Notes under the pieces: generated by a model | Seen by the model: only the letters and a program-made list of their open reading frames with translations | The model's database searches: none | Told to the model about the DNA's origin: nothing | NCBI GenBank assembly: GCA_004764695.1 | Contig: SMSO01000031.1 | Span: forward strand, 9,220,761 to 9,284,760 | Reading direction: 5' to 3' | DNA from: Schizochytrium sp. TIO01 | Lineage: Eukaryota; Protista; Bigyra: Labyrinthulomycetes | Length of the DNA: 64,000 bases | Part shown: in pieces, positions 24,066 through 36,600 of the stretch | Position numbering within the stretch: the stretch's first letter is position 1 | Layout of the letters: every line of letters starts with the position of its first letter | Made by a program: the position numbers and the translations under genes

Positions 24066-26495
24066 CAAAGGCTACGGATGACCCCTATGGGCACACAGAT
24101 TTAAAGACTTGAGATCACTAAGCAAAGAGAGGAGAAGAAGAAAGCCCAGAGTTCTTGAGAATTAGAGTGGAAGTATGTCAGACTCTCTAACGCAGCGTAC
24201 GAGTTGCGCCGTATATTGAAATATATTGAAGTCCAACGAATGTAAAGGTACTGAAAACAAAGGACTCTTGATCGGTTTAGGCAAAGCCTCGTTTACACTG
24301 GAGATACAGGAGTGCCAAGAGTAGGTCCGTCTTTACAAGGCTAAGGAAATCCCGTGGACCAAAATGGCAATGCGAGGAGGGAAGGGAGAGGACAAGGTCT
24401 CGTTTCTTGGTGGACCCAAAGAACAGATGCGGGAGTTAAATGAACACGTGCAGCGATGAGAATGGAGCGATGAGAATGGAGAGGAAGAGGGAAACTGATG
24501 AGGAGAGGAAATACAAGGCACCTGTGCACGCTTGTCTATCCAAAGATCCACCTGTCTCCTTGGCTGCCTGTCTGCCTGCCTACTCCCTTGCGAGTAGATC
24601 AAGCTACAAGAAGCTCGTGTGTGTAAAGCGATTGCTTTTCAATATTCTTCTTTCTTCTCATTCTTTTTCTATTTATTTTTCAATTCCTCGTCATCATCAT
24701 GATCAACTTTTCAAAGAAAAATTGGCAAGTGCCATACTACTATTGTTTATGTTATATAAACCTTTAGCTGTCCTATTTATTCTGCAAATAATATTATCAG
24801 CCTGCCTATGATTCACCATAGTCCTAGAGGCAGAAGTAAGTACCTATAGAATATTGTCTAGGGACCACATAAAAAGAAGTTGTTATTGGGGTGTGTAACA
24901 ACAAAATAGTACTTCTATTGTAAATGATAGGTGATTAATAGTAATAAAAAAGGAATAAAGGGCATGTGCTGGGTAGCAGCGAGCACGTGCACATCTACTA
25001 TCGCACACTCACTTCACTCACTCGCTTCACTCACTCAATCACTAACTCACATACTTCTAGTAGTAAGTAAGTACGAAAACCCACTGGCTCATTTGCTCAC
25101 GTACTCTCTATTCAATAGATCACAGTAACCAATTTGCACATCTTCATCATTCACTCACTGGATACCTACATAGCAAGCCCGACGAGGTAAAGAAACTTCA
25201 ACAGCCTGCCAAGCCACTTCCTAATAGTAGCAATACTAAGAAGGGCTCGTGTCCATAGCACCTCATTCGCAACACCCGTGGCTCATGCAGCGCTTAATCA
25301 TAGAAGAAGACTAATTGGAACCTGGATTACGAAAGTTCCTGCTTGAAGGTAGTAATTTTCTGTTTGGTAAATAGGAGGCTGTAAGTCAAATACTCTGCGG
25401 TGTGTAACCTTCGTTCTGGTGATGGCTTGAGACTTTCACAAAACCTATTGTAGCCATGCTAGCTAGGTACGCCACGCGGCCCAAAAGGAATTTATAAGGA
25501 AAGGCTAGGTAGTTGAACACACGGATGTCAATCAGTCGCTTATCATGCCACGTAGTAAGTGCAAGACTAAACAATCCAGGATTCTTTTAATTCAATTAGA
25601 ATCAATGAAAAGGTGCTTCCCTAAAGTCTCCATCATAATTATGCCTAGTACCGTAGGTATATAGATAAGATCTTTTTATCCACTGCGACTATGATCATAA
25701 TGGTCCATTAACAACACACAGGTTGAATCTACAGAAAGTTGTAAGTGCCTCGAATTCTTCATAAACTTTTGAGAGTTGTTCATTTGATAAACTTAATTAC
25801 GAAAATTTAATAAATACGAAGTTGAGCTTAAAAGGAGTACCAAGGCAGTATATGAAGTGATTAACATACTAGTACTAGTAGAAGCAATAATGTCGGCGCT
25901 CAAGCGTAATCTATAGCGGTTCGAATTTGTCGGAAACGAATGATATTTGGAATGGGAAAATTAACAGCGGCTCTACAAAGTAAAGACTTTATAGAAGAGA
26001 GAGAACTCTTACCCTGTATGTTGCAAAACTCTTAATCAGGAATACGGGGAAACCAAGTGCTCAATAGTTTTCCAAATATTTCTGGGTTTACGACGCGTGT
26101 GGAGAGAGGAAAGGAATGGGTAATTATGTATAAAGAGCAGACCATACCTTGCTCAAATTTTCAAGCCAATATCGCAATTTGTGTCCTTTTTTTAAGATTT
26201 CATGCACATTAGAAACCATCAGTAGTTAGAAATGAAGTTTTGTAGTTCGAAGACATTTAGACGAAAATATTTGCCAAATTAAAGCTAGGTTTTCCAAAAC
26301 TCTATTTCACACGTGTCTAAGCAAGCTCCAAGGATCGCACGGCGTATCCGTTTACAACAAGGAACACTAACAGTATTAAAAAGTTTTGATATTCTTTTTA
26401 AGGATAAAAAAACATCCAGGAAGTAGCATTGTGCCACATGCAAAAAGGAATAATACTCTCTCAGCCTGTGATGCCGCTGTGAAAAAGCAAGGAGG

Positions 26496-29264
26496 TCAAA
26501 CAAGAAGAGCTTCTGCGGATGATATGTCCACTTCCGATATTAAGCTGCCTGACGAATAAGATCGCGCATCCACGGACTTAGGTTTGGGAGGCTGCATAAG
26601 CAAGAGTTTGTCTGATACACAACATGTAAGGAGCATGCGAGTAATCAGTAGATAAGATATGATGATCAAAGCTAAATAAAGCCAATAAACATTCGGTAGC
26701 TGAACGAAACCGAATAGATCCCTAATGGCAGGAACTATTGTCATTGCAACTGCCGTGCAGCAAACAAATAGCGACAGTAGAATCAATGTTCGGCTTGGTG
26801 GAGCGCTGACTGTAGAACGTTTGGATATACGAGATTTAGAAGGTCGTGGTAACAGACGCGAGAAGAAGGATTGCTGATCATCTTCGTTCAGTCTTAACAC
26901 AAATACCACCAAGGTCTGAGAGACCAAGCCTTCAACGAACCAGCCAGTATGGAAAAGATCCTGTTGCGATTCATCTGCTCCGAGCATTAAGTACAACATT
27001 CCAAATGTGATGCTATCAAAAACACTGCTGATTAGGCCCACGAGCACAATAAAGCGGAAAAGGTAGGACATATTTAGGCGAAGAGGACGCGACAATTGAG
27101 CCTGATCGACTGCATCTGATGGAATTCCTAACTGCGCAATATCATAGAGAAAATTTGATGTAACTACCTGGATTGGAAGCATTGGGATAAATGGAATCAG
27201 TAGACTGGCACTAAGCACTGACCACATGTTACCAAAGTTGCTAGAGGCTGCCATTTTAATATACTTAACCATGTTCAAGAAAACTCTACGCCCCATCAAG
27301 GTCGCAGGCTGGAAAATGCGTAGCGATTTTCGTGTGAGAAGTACATCCGCTGCAGCACGCGCAGCGTCACAGGCAGAATCAACAGATATGCCAACGTCAG
27401 ACACCTGAAGCGCCGCCACATCATTCACCCCATCACCAACAAATCCCACCGAGTGGCCAAGTGCTTGTAGTTCTGTCACAATTATACGCTTATGATTTGG
27501 CGTTAGTCGTGCAAATACATTACAAGATTGCACAATCCCGCGTAACGAGTCTGCAGGCGCCAAATCGAGAGTTTCACCATCAATCACATGATGAGGATTG
27601 CGAATGCCAACTTGCGCTGCAACATGACTGGCAACGCTAGCAGTGTCACCAGTCAGCATACGCACTGAAACCCCAAGGGACTCCATTGCTTGAATTGCTG
27701 GTCCTGCTGAGGGTTTGGGAGGATCTGTAAAGCTCACAAAGCCAACCAACACCAATTCCCCTGTAGAGGCAGAAGATGCTGCAATTGCCAGTAACCGCTC
27801 TCCAGATGTGCGGAGTTTTTGCACCACCTGCTGGTCTTTTAAAATAGCCACGTCTCTAATCCGATTGTGGTCATGGACGCCAACAAAGCCTTTGCACAGA
27901 GCCATTACCTCTTCTACAGCACCTTTGTAGATAGAAAGCTTAGATCCCTCAGATGCTAGACCGGCGCGAACGATCATCGAAGCTAAAGGGTCTGTTTCAA
28001 GAGTAGACCATTGGAGCATGACTCGCGAAAAACGTTGCTCGTAATCAAACGGATCCTCATCCAGGAGTGAGAAATGCTCAGCACAAATGTCAAACTCAGG
28101 GAGTGGAGACCCAGAAATTGCACGTTCTACAGCATTGTTTACGGCACCTTGAAAATGGGCACTAAGTTTACAAAGAAGCAAGGGGAGCTGGGATAGTGCA
28201 CTGTCTGTGCTACCCAGAGCATCCATAGATCGATTCACGGACAGAGAATCTTGCGTTAAAGTGCCTGTTTTATCCGTGCAAAGAACATCCATTGCGCCAA
28301 ATGCTTGCAACGCGTTAACTCGTTTCACTATACACTTTTCCTTGCGTGCAAGCTCAGTGGCACCATAAATGAGGCAGTACGTGAGAATCATAGGTAACAT
28401 CTCTGGGGCAAGCCCGACAGAAACTGCTGCAGCATAAAGCAGCGCATCGAGGTAGTCGTTCTGCCGTAACACTTGCAAAATGAATACTGATGGTGCCATG
28501 AAAATTATGAATCGGATCATTAGCATTGTAAATGAATCCATGTCTTGGTCGAAGCCTGAGCGTGGGCGGACGTCTCTCAAAGATTGGAAGGTCTTGCCCA
28601 TTTCGCTATTGTCACCTGTATGAGTTATACGTACAGTGCCATGGCCAGCTACGACGATAGCCCCAGTGAGCACCGCACATGACGAACTAAGAGAGACACG
28701 TTCCAGGACTCTTGCGTCTTCAAGGGGATCCGTGCTAGCTGGAATTTTCTCAACAGGAAGACTTTCACCTGTAAGTTGGGCTTGATTAACACGCAGATGC
28801 GAACAAGAGAGAATAATGCCATCAGCAGGGACAAGGTCACCTGCAGAAAGGAGAAGAAGGTCGCCTGGCACTACATCACGGGCTTGAACCTCGGTAGGAA
28901 GGCTTCCCTCTGATCCACGACAAACGCGACAGTGCGTCCGAAGTTGCGCACGTAGTGCATTTGCTGCTTGTTCGCCTCTAAATTCCTGCAAAGTTTGCAT
29001 TCCAACAGCCAAGAGGCCCATGGCCCAGATAACCATTCCCGTCTCTGCATCCCCACTGAGATATGCCAAAGCTCCCAATACCGCAAGTAGAAGAATCAGA
29101 GGGTTCCTGGCCAAAGGAGCAACATGTGCAAGCACCGTCTCCAAGACTGAGGCCTGAGTCGGCTCGTTGGGACCAAACCGAGCTAATCTTTGGGCAGCGT
29201 CGTAGTCACTAAGTCCTCGCACTTGCTTAAGGTCATTGTGAGTAGAGCTTGAACTGCTATCCAT
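26496..29264 (-). CDS. mgtA: Mg2+-importing P-type ATPase (P3B, MgtA/MgtB-like)
   Basis: General P-type motifs TGES, DKTGTLT, TGD and GDGVND. P3B-diagnostic motifs are PEMLP (TM4), YIKMAASSNFGN, PFIPMLPIQ...NFLYDIAQLGIP and FHTGWFVEGLVSQTLVV. Intronless, 922 aa. Confidence 0.92.
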   Translation of the reverse strand: MDSSSSSTHNDLKQVRGLSDYDAAQRLARFGPNEPTQASVLETVLAHVAPLARNPLILLLAVLGALAYLSGDAETGMVIWAMGLLAVGMQTLQEFRGEQAANALRAQLRTHCRVCRGSEGSLPTEVQARDVVPGDLLLLSAGDLVPADGIILSCSHLRVNQAQLTGESLPVEKIPASTDPLEDARVLERVSLSSSCAVLTGAIVVAGHGTVRITHTGDNSEMGKTFQSLRDVRPRSGFDQDMDSFTMLMIRFIIFMAPSVFILQVLRQNDYLDALLYAAAVSVGLAPEMLPMILTYCLIYGATELARKEKCIVKRVNALQAFGAMDVLCTDKTGTLTQDSLSVNRSMDALGSTDSALSQLPLLLCKLSAHFQGAVNNAVERAISGSPLPEFDICAEHFSLLDEDPFDYEQRFSRVMLQWSTLETDPLASMIVRAGLASEGSKLSIYKGAVEEVMALCKGFVGVHDHNRIRDVAILKDQQVVQKLRTSGERLLAIAASSASTGELVLVGFVSFTDPPKPSAGPAIQAMESLGVSVRMLTGDTASVASHVAAQVGIRNPHHVIDGETLDLAPADSLRGIVQSCNVFARLTPNHKRIIVTELQALGHSVGFVGDGVNDVAALQVSDVGISVDSACDAARAAADVLLTRKSLRIFQPATLMGRRVFLNMVKYIKMAASSNFGNMWSVLSASLLIPFIPMLPIQVVTSNFLYDIAQLGIPSDAVDQAQLSRPLRLNMSYLFRFIVLVGLISSVFDSITFGMLYLMLGADESQQDLFHTGWFVEGLVSQTLVVFVLRLNEDDQQSFFSRLLPRPSKSRISKRSTVSAPPSRTLILLSLFVCCTAVAMTIVPAIRDLFGFVQLPNVYWLYLALIIISYLLITRMLLTCCVSDKLLLMQPPKPKSVDARSYSSGSLISEVDISSAEALLV

Positions 29265-29776
29265 CTCTGGGATGTGTCAAGCAACTGTTGATCTTTGTAT
29301 GTTATGAGATTGGCAGCGCCTACCCATGGAGCAACCGCTTGACAATCCGTCATTACAAACAAAGAACAACAACTAATACATACTATAACGCAATTACCTT
29401 TAAGAGAAGCTTTGAAATATATATATATATAATATATGTGTATATGTATGGCTCGAGCTCTCGCACCATACGTTCGACAATTTGGCAAGGCAAGAGTTTC
29501 CAAGAACCATGATTGCAAGACAACAAACTAAACAAGGAATTAATTTTAGTCGTCAAAAGCGCACAGAACCAGGCTTCAGAAGAAGGTTGTCAGTAACATA
29601 GCGAATTTGAATCTCACCGTGACTTAGAAGTCTTTTATAAATGTTTCAACAAGCAAGCTGATAGTATTTAGAGTTTGCAAAAGCAATCATTTATTGCAAT
29701 CGATACCGGGGGATCACCAATACGAATACATGGATTTCATTAATCACAAACTAGCCACAGCAAGAGCCTTTTAACC

Positions 29777-29804
29777 AGTGATTGTTTGGGTTTGAGTTTT
29801 GACC
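29777..29804 (+). repeat. Short dispersed repeat, copy 1 (second copy at 47448-47475)
   Basis: agtgattgtttgggtttgagttttgacc versus agtgattgtttgggcttgagtttttacc: 26 of 28 identical. Confidence 0.7.
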
Positions 29805-30054
29805 TGAGCTAAGAGATTTACTTATTCTTATTATTTTTAAAAGTACTCTAATTTAATTAATTAATTAATTATAAACAAATTACCTCTGACTACATCTAGC
29901 ACCTTCTCTCTACCAAACTAACTAGTATTGTATAGAATTACTAAATAGCAAACCAAGATCTCTCAGCTCACAAACCTTGAACTCTATCCAGAGACGCCTT
30001 GCACGAGGGTCACTTGAAGACAGTCGAACAAGACAAAGGGAAGGAGGCTCTAAA

Positions 30055-31089
30055 ATGATTGATTTAGATGAATGGTTCATTGGTCTTGTGCGAGTGACCC
30101 TTGTACTCGTGGGATATCTTTTATGGCGTCGTGCTGGGCGACATGTTTACAGTGCCCGCGCGGGAAGCGAAGCTCGGCAGAGCACATCCCAGCCACCAGA
30201 AGGAGGTAAAGTGATCGAATTGACACGCGGCTTGTGCCACTATCGCATTGATGGAGCTGAAAACAAAGGTAAACTTGTGGTCATGGTTCATGGCTTGATA
30301 GGTTGCCACTTAGATTTCCAGCCTCTTGTCAAAGTGCTTGTAGAGGAACAGCACCGGCGAGTTCTGAGGTTTGACCTTTATGGCCGTGGATGGAGCTCGG
30401 CACCACTAATGGCTACTGATTCACTTCCCGAACTGTATGCAGGGCAGCTTGTAGAGTTACTGTACTCTCTTGGTGAAGATCAGCCCATCGACTTAATTGG
30501 CAACTCCATGGGTGGGCCTATTGCTGCCTGCTTTGCAGCTCGTTTCGGCCGTGCCCATGTAGCCTCCTTAACCCTTACTGTCCCAGCCGGTATGCCATCC
30601 ATGGAAAAACGATTACCTACATGGACAAAGAGGCTTGTAGATGTTGTTGCGGAGCTTCCCTTAGCGATGCATCTCTTGAAAGGATTTGCCAAGTCTCGCG
30701 TCCTAACCCTGGCTGACAATACTAAGGTTCATTGGACTACCAAAGATAATAAATCCGTACAAAATTGGTACTTGGAGTATCAAGGACGCCGCCTGCAGCG
30801 CGAGCATAATTTGGCGGGCAGTTTTATCGAAAGCGTGAGTCTTTTCCCCTTTGCTCAAAGTCAAGGTTTATACGAAGCAGTTGCAGAGAATGAGGTTCCC
30901 ACGCTGGTTTTCTGGGGCAAATCCGACCGTAAAATTCCTTTTGAATGTGCCGCAGAGATGCGTTTAGTTTTTGATAAGGCCCGAGCCCTGTTAGAGGAGC
31001 AGGTGGTGGACGAAAGTGGTCACCTGCTTGTTATCGAGCGGGCTGACTTTGTGGCTAAAAACTTTGGTCCTTTCTCCAGGAAGAACTAG
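30055..31089 (+). CDS. Membrane-anchored alpha/beta-fold hydrolase
   Basis: N-terminal hydrophobic anchor, VHG oxyanion motif, FDLYGRGWS, nucleophile GNSMGG, FWGKSD acid and SGHL histidine. First ATG is at 30055. Transcribed divergently from the MgtA gene. Confidence 0.9.
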   Translation: MIDLDEWFIGLVRVTLVLVGYLLWRRAGRHVYSARAGSEARQSTSQPPEGGKVIELTRGLCHYRIDGAENKGKLVVMVHGLIGCHLDFQPLVKVLVEEQHRRVLRFDLYGRGWSSAPLMATDSLPELYAGQLVELLYSLGEDQPIDLIGNSMGGPIAACFAARFGRAHVASLTLTVPAGMPSMEKRLPTWTKRLVDVVAELPLAMHLLKGFAKSRVLTLADNTKVHWTTKDNKSVQNWYLEYQGRRLQREHNLAGSFIESVSLFPFAQSQGLYEAVAENEVPTLVFWGKSDRKIPFECAAEMRLVFDKARALLEEQVVDESGHLLVIERADFVAKNFGPFSRKN

Positions 31090-33600
31090 ACATCAATTTT
31101 CTATACGAGCAGGCCGATATGAGATTGTAAGTTTATCTTTTCTCAGTGTGGGGGGGCGGGGGGGTTCCTTTTATGTGGATATACCGTTTCATAAGTCGTG
31201 CCTCAACTATTTGTATACCATCCGCACCAAAACAAAATTGTTTTTCCGTGATAGGCTACACCAGGGGTACTGTGAGTAGAAAAAAAAATATAATAAAAGA
31301 ACCGACCTGGTGGTTTACATAAAATAAATTCTGTTTTCGCATCCCATAAACACAATTTAAGTCCTTTCTATATTAAGTATATAGAACTCCGAGCTTTTGA
31401 GCTTGAGATTGTTGATTTTCTTTGGCAATCCTTAATGCTACAGCATTTGCTTTCGATGTGATGTGGTGAACACTTAGTGACCATAGCGAAAAGTAACAGA
31501 TCTTCAGACGGATTCAAACTAGCTGGAAAATGACTTCAAAGAAAAATACCTTCAAGAATCTATGTGAGAAGCTCGATACTGTTGTCGATACCAGTTAATT
31601 GCCTGATGACCTTGGAATGTAGATTGAACTGCACTTTTTTTGTGTTAAACTAGATGACTTCATTTGTTTCATCAAGACGTGCTGAAACGTTATTTTCTGG
31701 CAATCAGCACTGATCAATCCAGATGTTTGGGTTTTGTAGTCTTGCAGATATTGCCGCTAAGACCCGTCGTATAAACCTGAAGCATGTCATCCAGCTACCG
31801 GGGTTGTAAAAATGCTTTATACGTAGTGTGTATTGCCTTATTTAGATTTGCTAGGACAAAGAAATATGATGTTTTAAAAATAATCGATAACAGCTGCATG
31901 CGTCGCAAACGATAAGAACAAAAGGTTAGTTAAGCATATTCTTATCCTTAGTCAATGTGAATAAATCATATCCATGCTTTCTATTCATATTTTACTTCCT
32001 CCCTTCGATCCTTCGTTCAATCTTTCACACCACTGGTCCTGTGCAATTTCAATGTATAATTTGTTCTGCTCAAAGCTACTGATACACCAGCTGCTTAACT
32101 AGCTCTCAATTACTCTTTCTCCCCGTAAAAACTTATGTTCTTGTATATCCTTTAATATGACACTCTAATATAAGCACAAAGGAGGACTGTTGAGCTTTAC
32201 AAGTTTGTTAGTTCTCTATTTATACTTTTGATTCAATAGCCGGGTAGAAATAAAATGTGTCATAGACATATGCACTAGTACCTGCTTTCATGCAAACATA
32301 CTTTTGAAGGGAAAACATCGTCGTTATCTAAGGTTATTGTTCGATTGTTAAAGGTAATGTAAATGTATTTACCCTTTAATTTAACCAGGCATGCGTGGTA
32401 CATACAATACGTTTTTGGTTCCATTCAAATTAGGTAGGTAGCGTACTCTAACATGTGGGCGACTTTTGCCGAATGCTAAGTAACTTCTGCAGACTGCTAT
32501 CATGATCGTCAGATTGACGGACCTTGGTGATCTTATACCGATCCGAAGGCACACGGTAAATCGAATCAGGCTAGCACAGTCTGCAACCTTCTCTAGTCAA
32601 AGCTAACTATTTATTTTTCATTAGGTTGGAATTTCGTTTCGCAAGCAAGCCAAAACAATCACTCATTGATGATTTAACCTCCTGGGTGCCTGCCTACCTA
32701 GATATTACTTATTCTTTTTGGTAAGTTTACTTACTTACCTAAGTAGCATAGCAAGCAAAGTATTACCTCTATAGTAGGCACTACTACTGTGATGGTCGTA
32801 TGACAGAGCGCTCTTGAGGTTCCTAGGGATTGCTTTTCTTTTAGTTAGTTCATTTAGTTGTACTACGAAGGACGTAGTTCTGGGCTGAGAACCTAAGTAG
32901 GTACCTCCTAGCTTCCTTATCTATCTATCATCCTCATCCTCATCATCATCATGTCGGTACTAAGTCTGAAGTAGTAGGTATTACCATAGTTGCCTCTACC
33001 TCTCTACTAAGTGCCTCGCAACACTAGCTAGCTCCGGGGTAGTAGTACTGCTACCAGTGCACGAGGTCCTTCGTGAAAGAATCATTCCAGTGGTAGTTAG
33101 TAGTTATCTTTGATTGATACTTGAGCTATCTATAGTTAGGTTGCGATTCCCACTCAGCGCATACTATGTTATATTTTTACTGAGGTCTAGGCTGCTAGTA
33201 TTTTCATAGAGAATTTTGTTTTCTTTTGTTTTGCTTTTTGCAAAGAGAAGTCCGAGTGAGTGAGAGCCTGAGTGAGCTATTCTTGTATTCCTGCTTTCGG
33301 AGGCTTTCTTGACAGCCCAGCCCTTCCCTCCTTACCTCGCGAGTCTGGGTCTCTGCTTGACCAGCTGGCGCGGCGGAGGAGGCCTGCGTTTCCGTCTTCA
33401 ATCTTTGCTTCGTCGTGGCTGCAAACAAGAAACATAGAAGAAAGAACGTGAAGGGAAAAGAAAAAGGCCTTCAGAACAGATCGTCGTTTGATCAGATCAA
33501 ATCAGCCAACCAGAACAACCAAACCAGAACAGCTAAGTCAGAGCAGACAAGCTAGAGCAGAGAGATTCCTTAGTCTCTGGCCGCCTTAGAGGAGACCCCT

Positions 33601-36600
33601 ATGGCTGAGGCAGATAAGTTCCTCGAGGAAGAGGAACAAGAGGGTCTACTTATGGACTTCGATGCAAGCGACAAGAACAGCGATAGCAATGATACCGCTA
33701 TAAACGAAGAAAGACCCCGCGCACGAAGTCTCCGCGGAGCTAAGGAGGAGGAGGAGGAGGAGGGGTCGACATTTGCGAAAGGCAACAAATACGTAAAAGA
33801 AGGTCAAGCAATGGGAGCCGCAGCAGGTCAAGGAGAAGAAGAGCAAGACAAAGAATCCATCGTTGACGACAATGGCGACTTCTTTGACGCTGAAAATGGC
33901 AATGTGAGTGATCAAGAACGTGGTGATGATGATGACGACGGTGATTCTGATTTCGAGGAGGAGTATGAGAATGACATAGAAGGGAAGAGAAACAAAAACA
34001 AGAATAGGAGAAAAAGCTCAGTAAAGAGCAAAGGCAAAAGCAAAAGAAAGAGCGAAGGCAAAAGCAAAAGCAAGAGCGAAGCAAGGGACGCGGGCGAAGG
34101 AACGAATCAACCATCCGCTGCTGAGGCAACAGAGCGGTTTCTTAGTGGAGATGCAGACGGAGTTGCAGACAAGAAAACACAGCACTTGAAACGTAAAGTG
34201 GACGAATCAAAATCTGCTCTAGACGCCCAAATGCTCAAGAAGGTCAGGCACAATAAAGCACAGGGCACGCAATGGGTTATTGAGGACATCTCAGACGAGG
34301 ATCGAGAACTTGGCATTCCACTCTGGGAAGTAAAATCTGAGGAGGAGGAAGAGGGGTCAAAGAAGAGCGCATCAGAGCAGAAGAGGAAAAAGGCTGAAGC
34401 CAAACTCGACGCAAAGTCAAAGCGTACTGTTGAGCCTCTTCAAAGCAACCAAGTCCGCCTTGATCCAATTTTCTCGAAGGTGCTGAAACCACATCAAGCG
34501 GTCGGAGTAAGATTTCTCTGGAGCCATGTCCAATCTGCACGTCACGGAGGGTGTGTTTTAGCTGATTATATGGGTCTTGGTAAGACCCTCCAAAACATCT
34601 CTCTCATGCATACATTTTTGAAAAATCATAAAGATGAGAAAAACCCTCATCGCAAAACAACCGTTCTCATTGTTGCTCCAACATCCGTGATCCTTAACTG
34701 GAAGCGAGAAATCCACAAATGGCTTGATGAATCAATTCTGGAACAGAGGAGGGCGTTGGAACTGTTCAATGTCAAGGTTCTTGATACAAAGACTGGTTCA
34801 CGATTAGACCAACGCATTCCCGTTCTCAAAGCTTGGCAACGTGAGGGCGGTGTACTTATTACTGGATATGAAATGTTTCGCTCTCTGGCCCAAGAACCCA
34901 AGGATGGTAACGACACAAATGATCATCAGAAGGCCCGTGACCTTCTCGTATACGGCCCTGGGCCTTCCATGGTTATTGTAGACGAAGGCCATCGCCTACG
35001 GCACGCGAAGTCACAAATTGTTAAGGCGATGTCAAAGCTGAAAACCCGCCGCCGTGTGGTTCTCACAGGTTACCCTCTTCAAAACCATTTGGAAGAATAC
35101 TGGTGCATGGTGAACTTTGCACGTCCTGGTTTTTTACGAAGTAGTGAAGTGTTCAAGCACCAATTCAAGATTCCGATTGAAAACGGCCAGGCCCTTGACT
35201 CTGCTCCGCAGGATGTGGCCTTGGCACGCTCTCGTACAATGGTGCTAAACGATCTTTTGCGCAGCATCATCCTTCGACGTGATTCACAGCATCTCGCCCG
35301 TGAGCTTCCGCCAAAATATGAGTGGGTTTTACGATGCCGCCTTACTCCAAAACAGGCTGAACTTTACCGTGCTTTTGCCCGGAACAGGGTAGACCAAGCC
35401 AAGGAGCGGGAGATGAACGGGGGTTCGTCACAACAGAATGGTGGCATTATTGCAGCGTATCACCACTCCTTGTCCATCGTAAACCATCCGGATATCCTGT
35501 GCGCCAAATATCGAGAAAATACCAGCTCTGGGGAGGGGCTCGGATCTCGTGACAACTCATATGCAATAATGACTATTGTTGTGCCAAATTCATTGGACTC
35601 ACTCGGAATCCAGATACACCAGTGCATGCTTGCAAGTTCTCGTGTAGACCCCACGGAGACTGTCGCAGCATTTGTTTCGAAAATTTCTAATGATAACCGT
35701 TCAGATCCTAAGGCCTCATGGTTTGAGCTATTCGATGAGATTATCGCTGTGAACAATGACCCTTGCGGGCAAGAAGCATTCAAAGAAACGTATATTCGAG
35801 CTCAGAGTGAGGCCCGGGCCGAGGGGCAGCCACTATATTTTACTGTCCATCGCTGGCATGTAGCTTCTTGGCGAAGAGCCCAGTTCCTTGGTAAAGTGAA
35901 CAGTTGCGACCCCGTGGATGTGACTCTAGGGAAAGATGAACTCCACGAGGCAGACCTTAGTGTTGAGCGCTGGAAGGAAATCGAGTCGAATCGCAAACTA
36001 GCAGAGATGGAAGATGACGATGGAATTGTTGCTGTAGAGGAATCCAATAATGAACCAGAACACTCCCTCTCGTGGGCACGGCTTATACTGAAAAGTTATG
36101 CTCCTGGAGCCCGTTTGTCAGACTCGGGTAAGATGATTGTGTTGTTTTCGATCCTAAGAAATGCTCGTCAACAGAACGATAAAGTCATTGTATTCTCCCA
36201 AAGTGTTCAAACTCTCAATATGATTCAGGTCATTATTGAGGCTCACAATGCCCATGTTCGAGACCAAGCTAGAGCCATCGATTATGAATCCGACTCCGAT
36301 TCTGATGATAATCTTGATAATTCTGAAGAATATGCTGAAGCCAAAGCGCGCCAGCGTGAATCAATTACTCCTGGAACAGATGCATGTCCATATGTTCCTG
36401 GTGTAACATTAGGGTTTTCACGCCTTGATGGATCAACACCACAAGCCGTTCGTAACGCACTTGTTGATGCTTTTAATGGTGCCCCGATCAGGGAGAAATG
36501 TGTATTTCTAGCTAGCACACGGGCTGCAGGTGAAGGATTGAACCTTCAATCTGCTAACAGGGTAGTCATGTTTGATGCATGTTGGAACCCTTGCTTAGAT

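Noticed and set aside
25910-25935. ggttcgaat as a tRNA T-loop
   Set aside because: No cloverleaf stems around it. No tRNA or rRNA genes were recognised anywhere in the window.
29183-29518. Upstream ORF as an mgtL-like leader for MgtA
   Set aside because: Non-ATG start, not proline-rich, and it crosses a (TA)n tract. Bacterial attenuation is implausible in this nuclear context.
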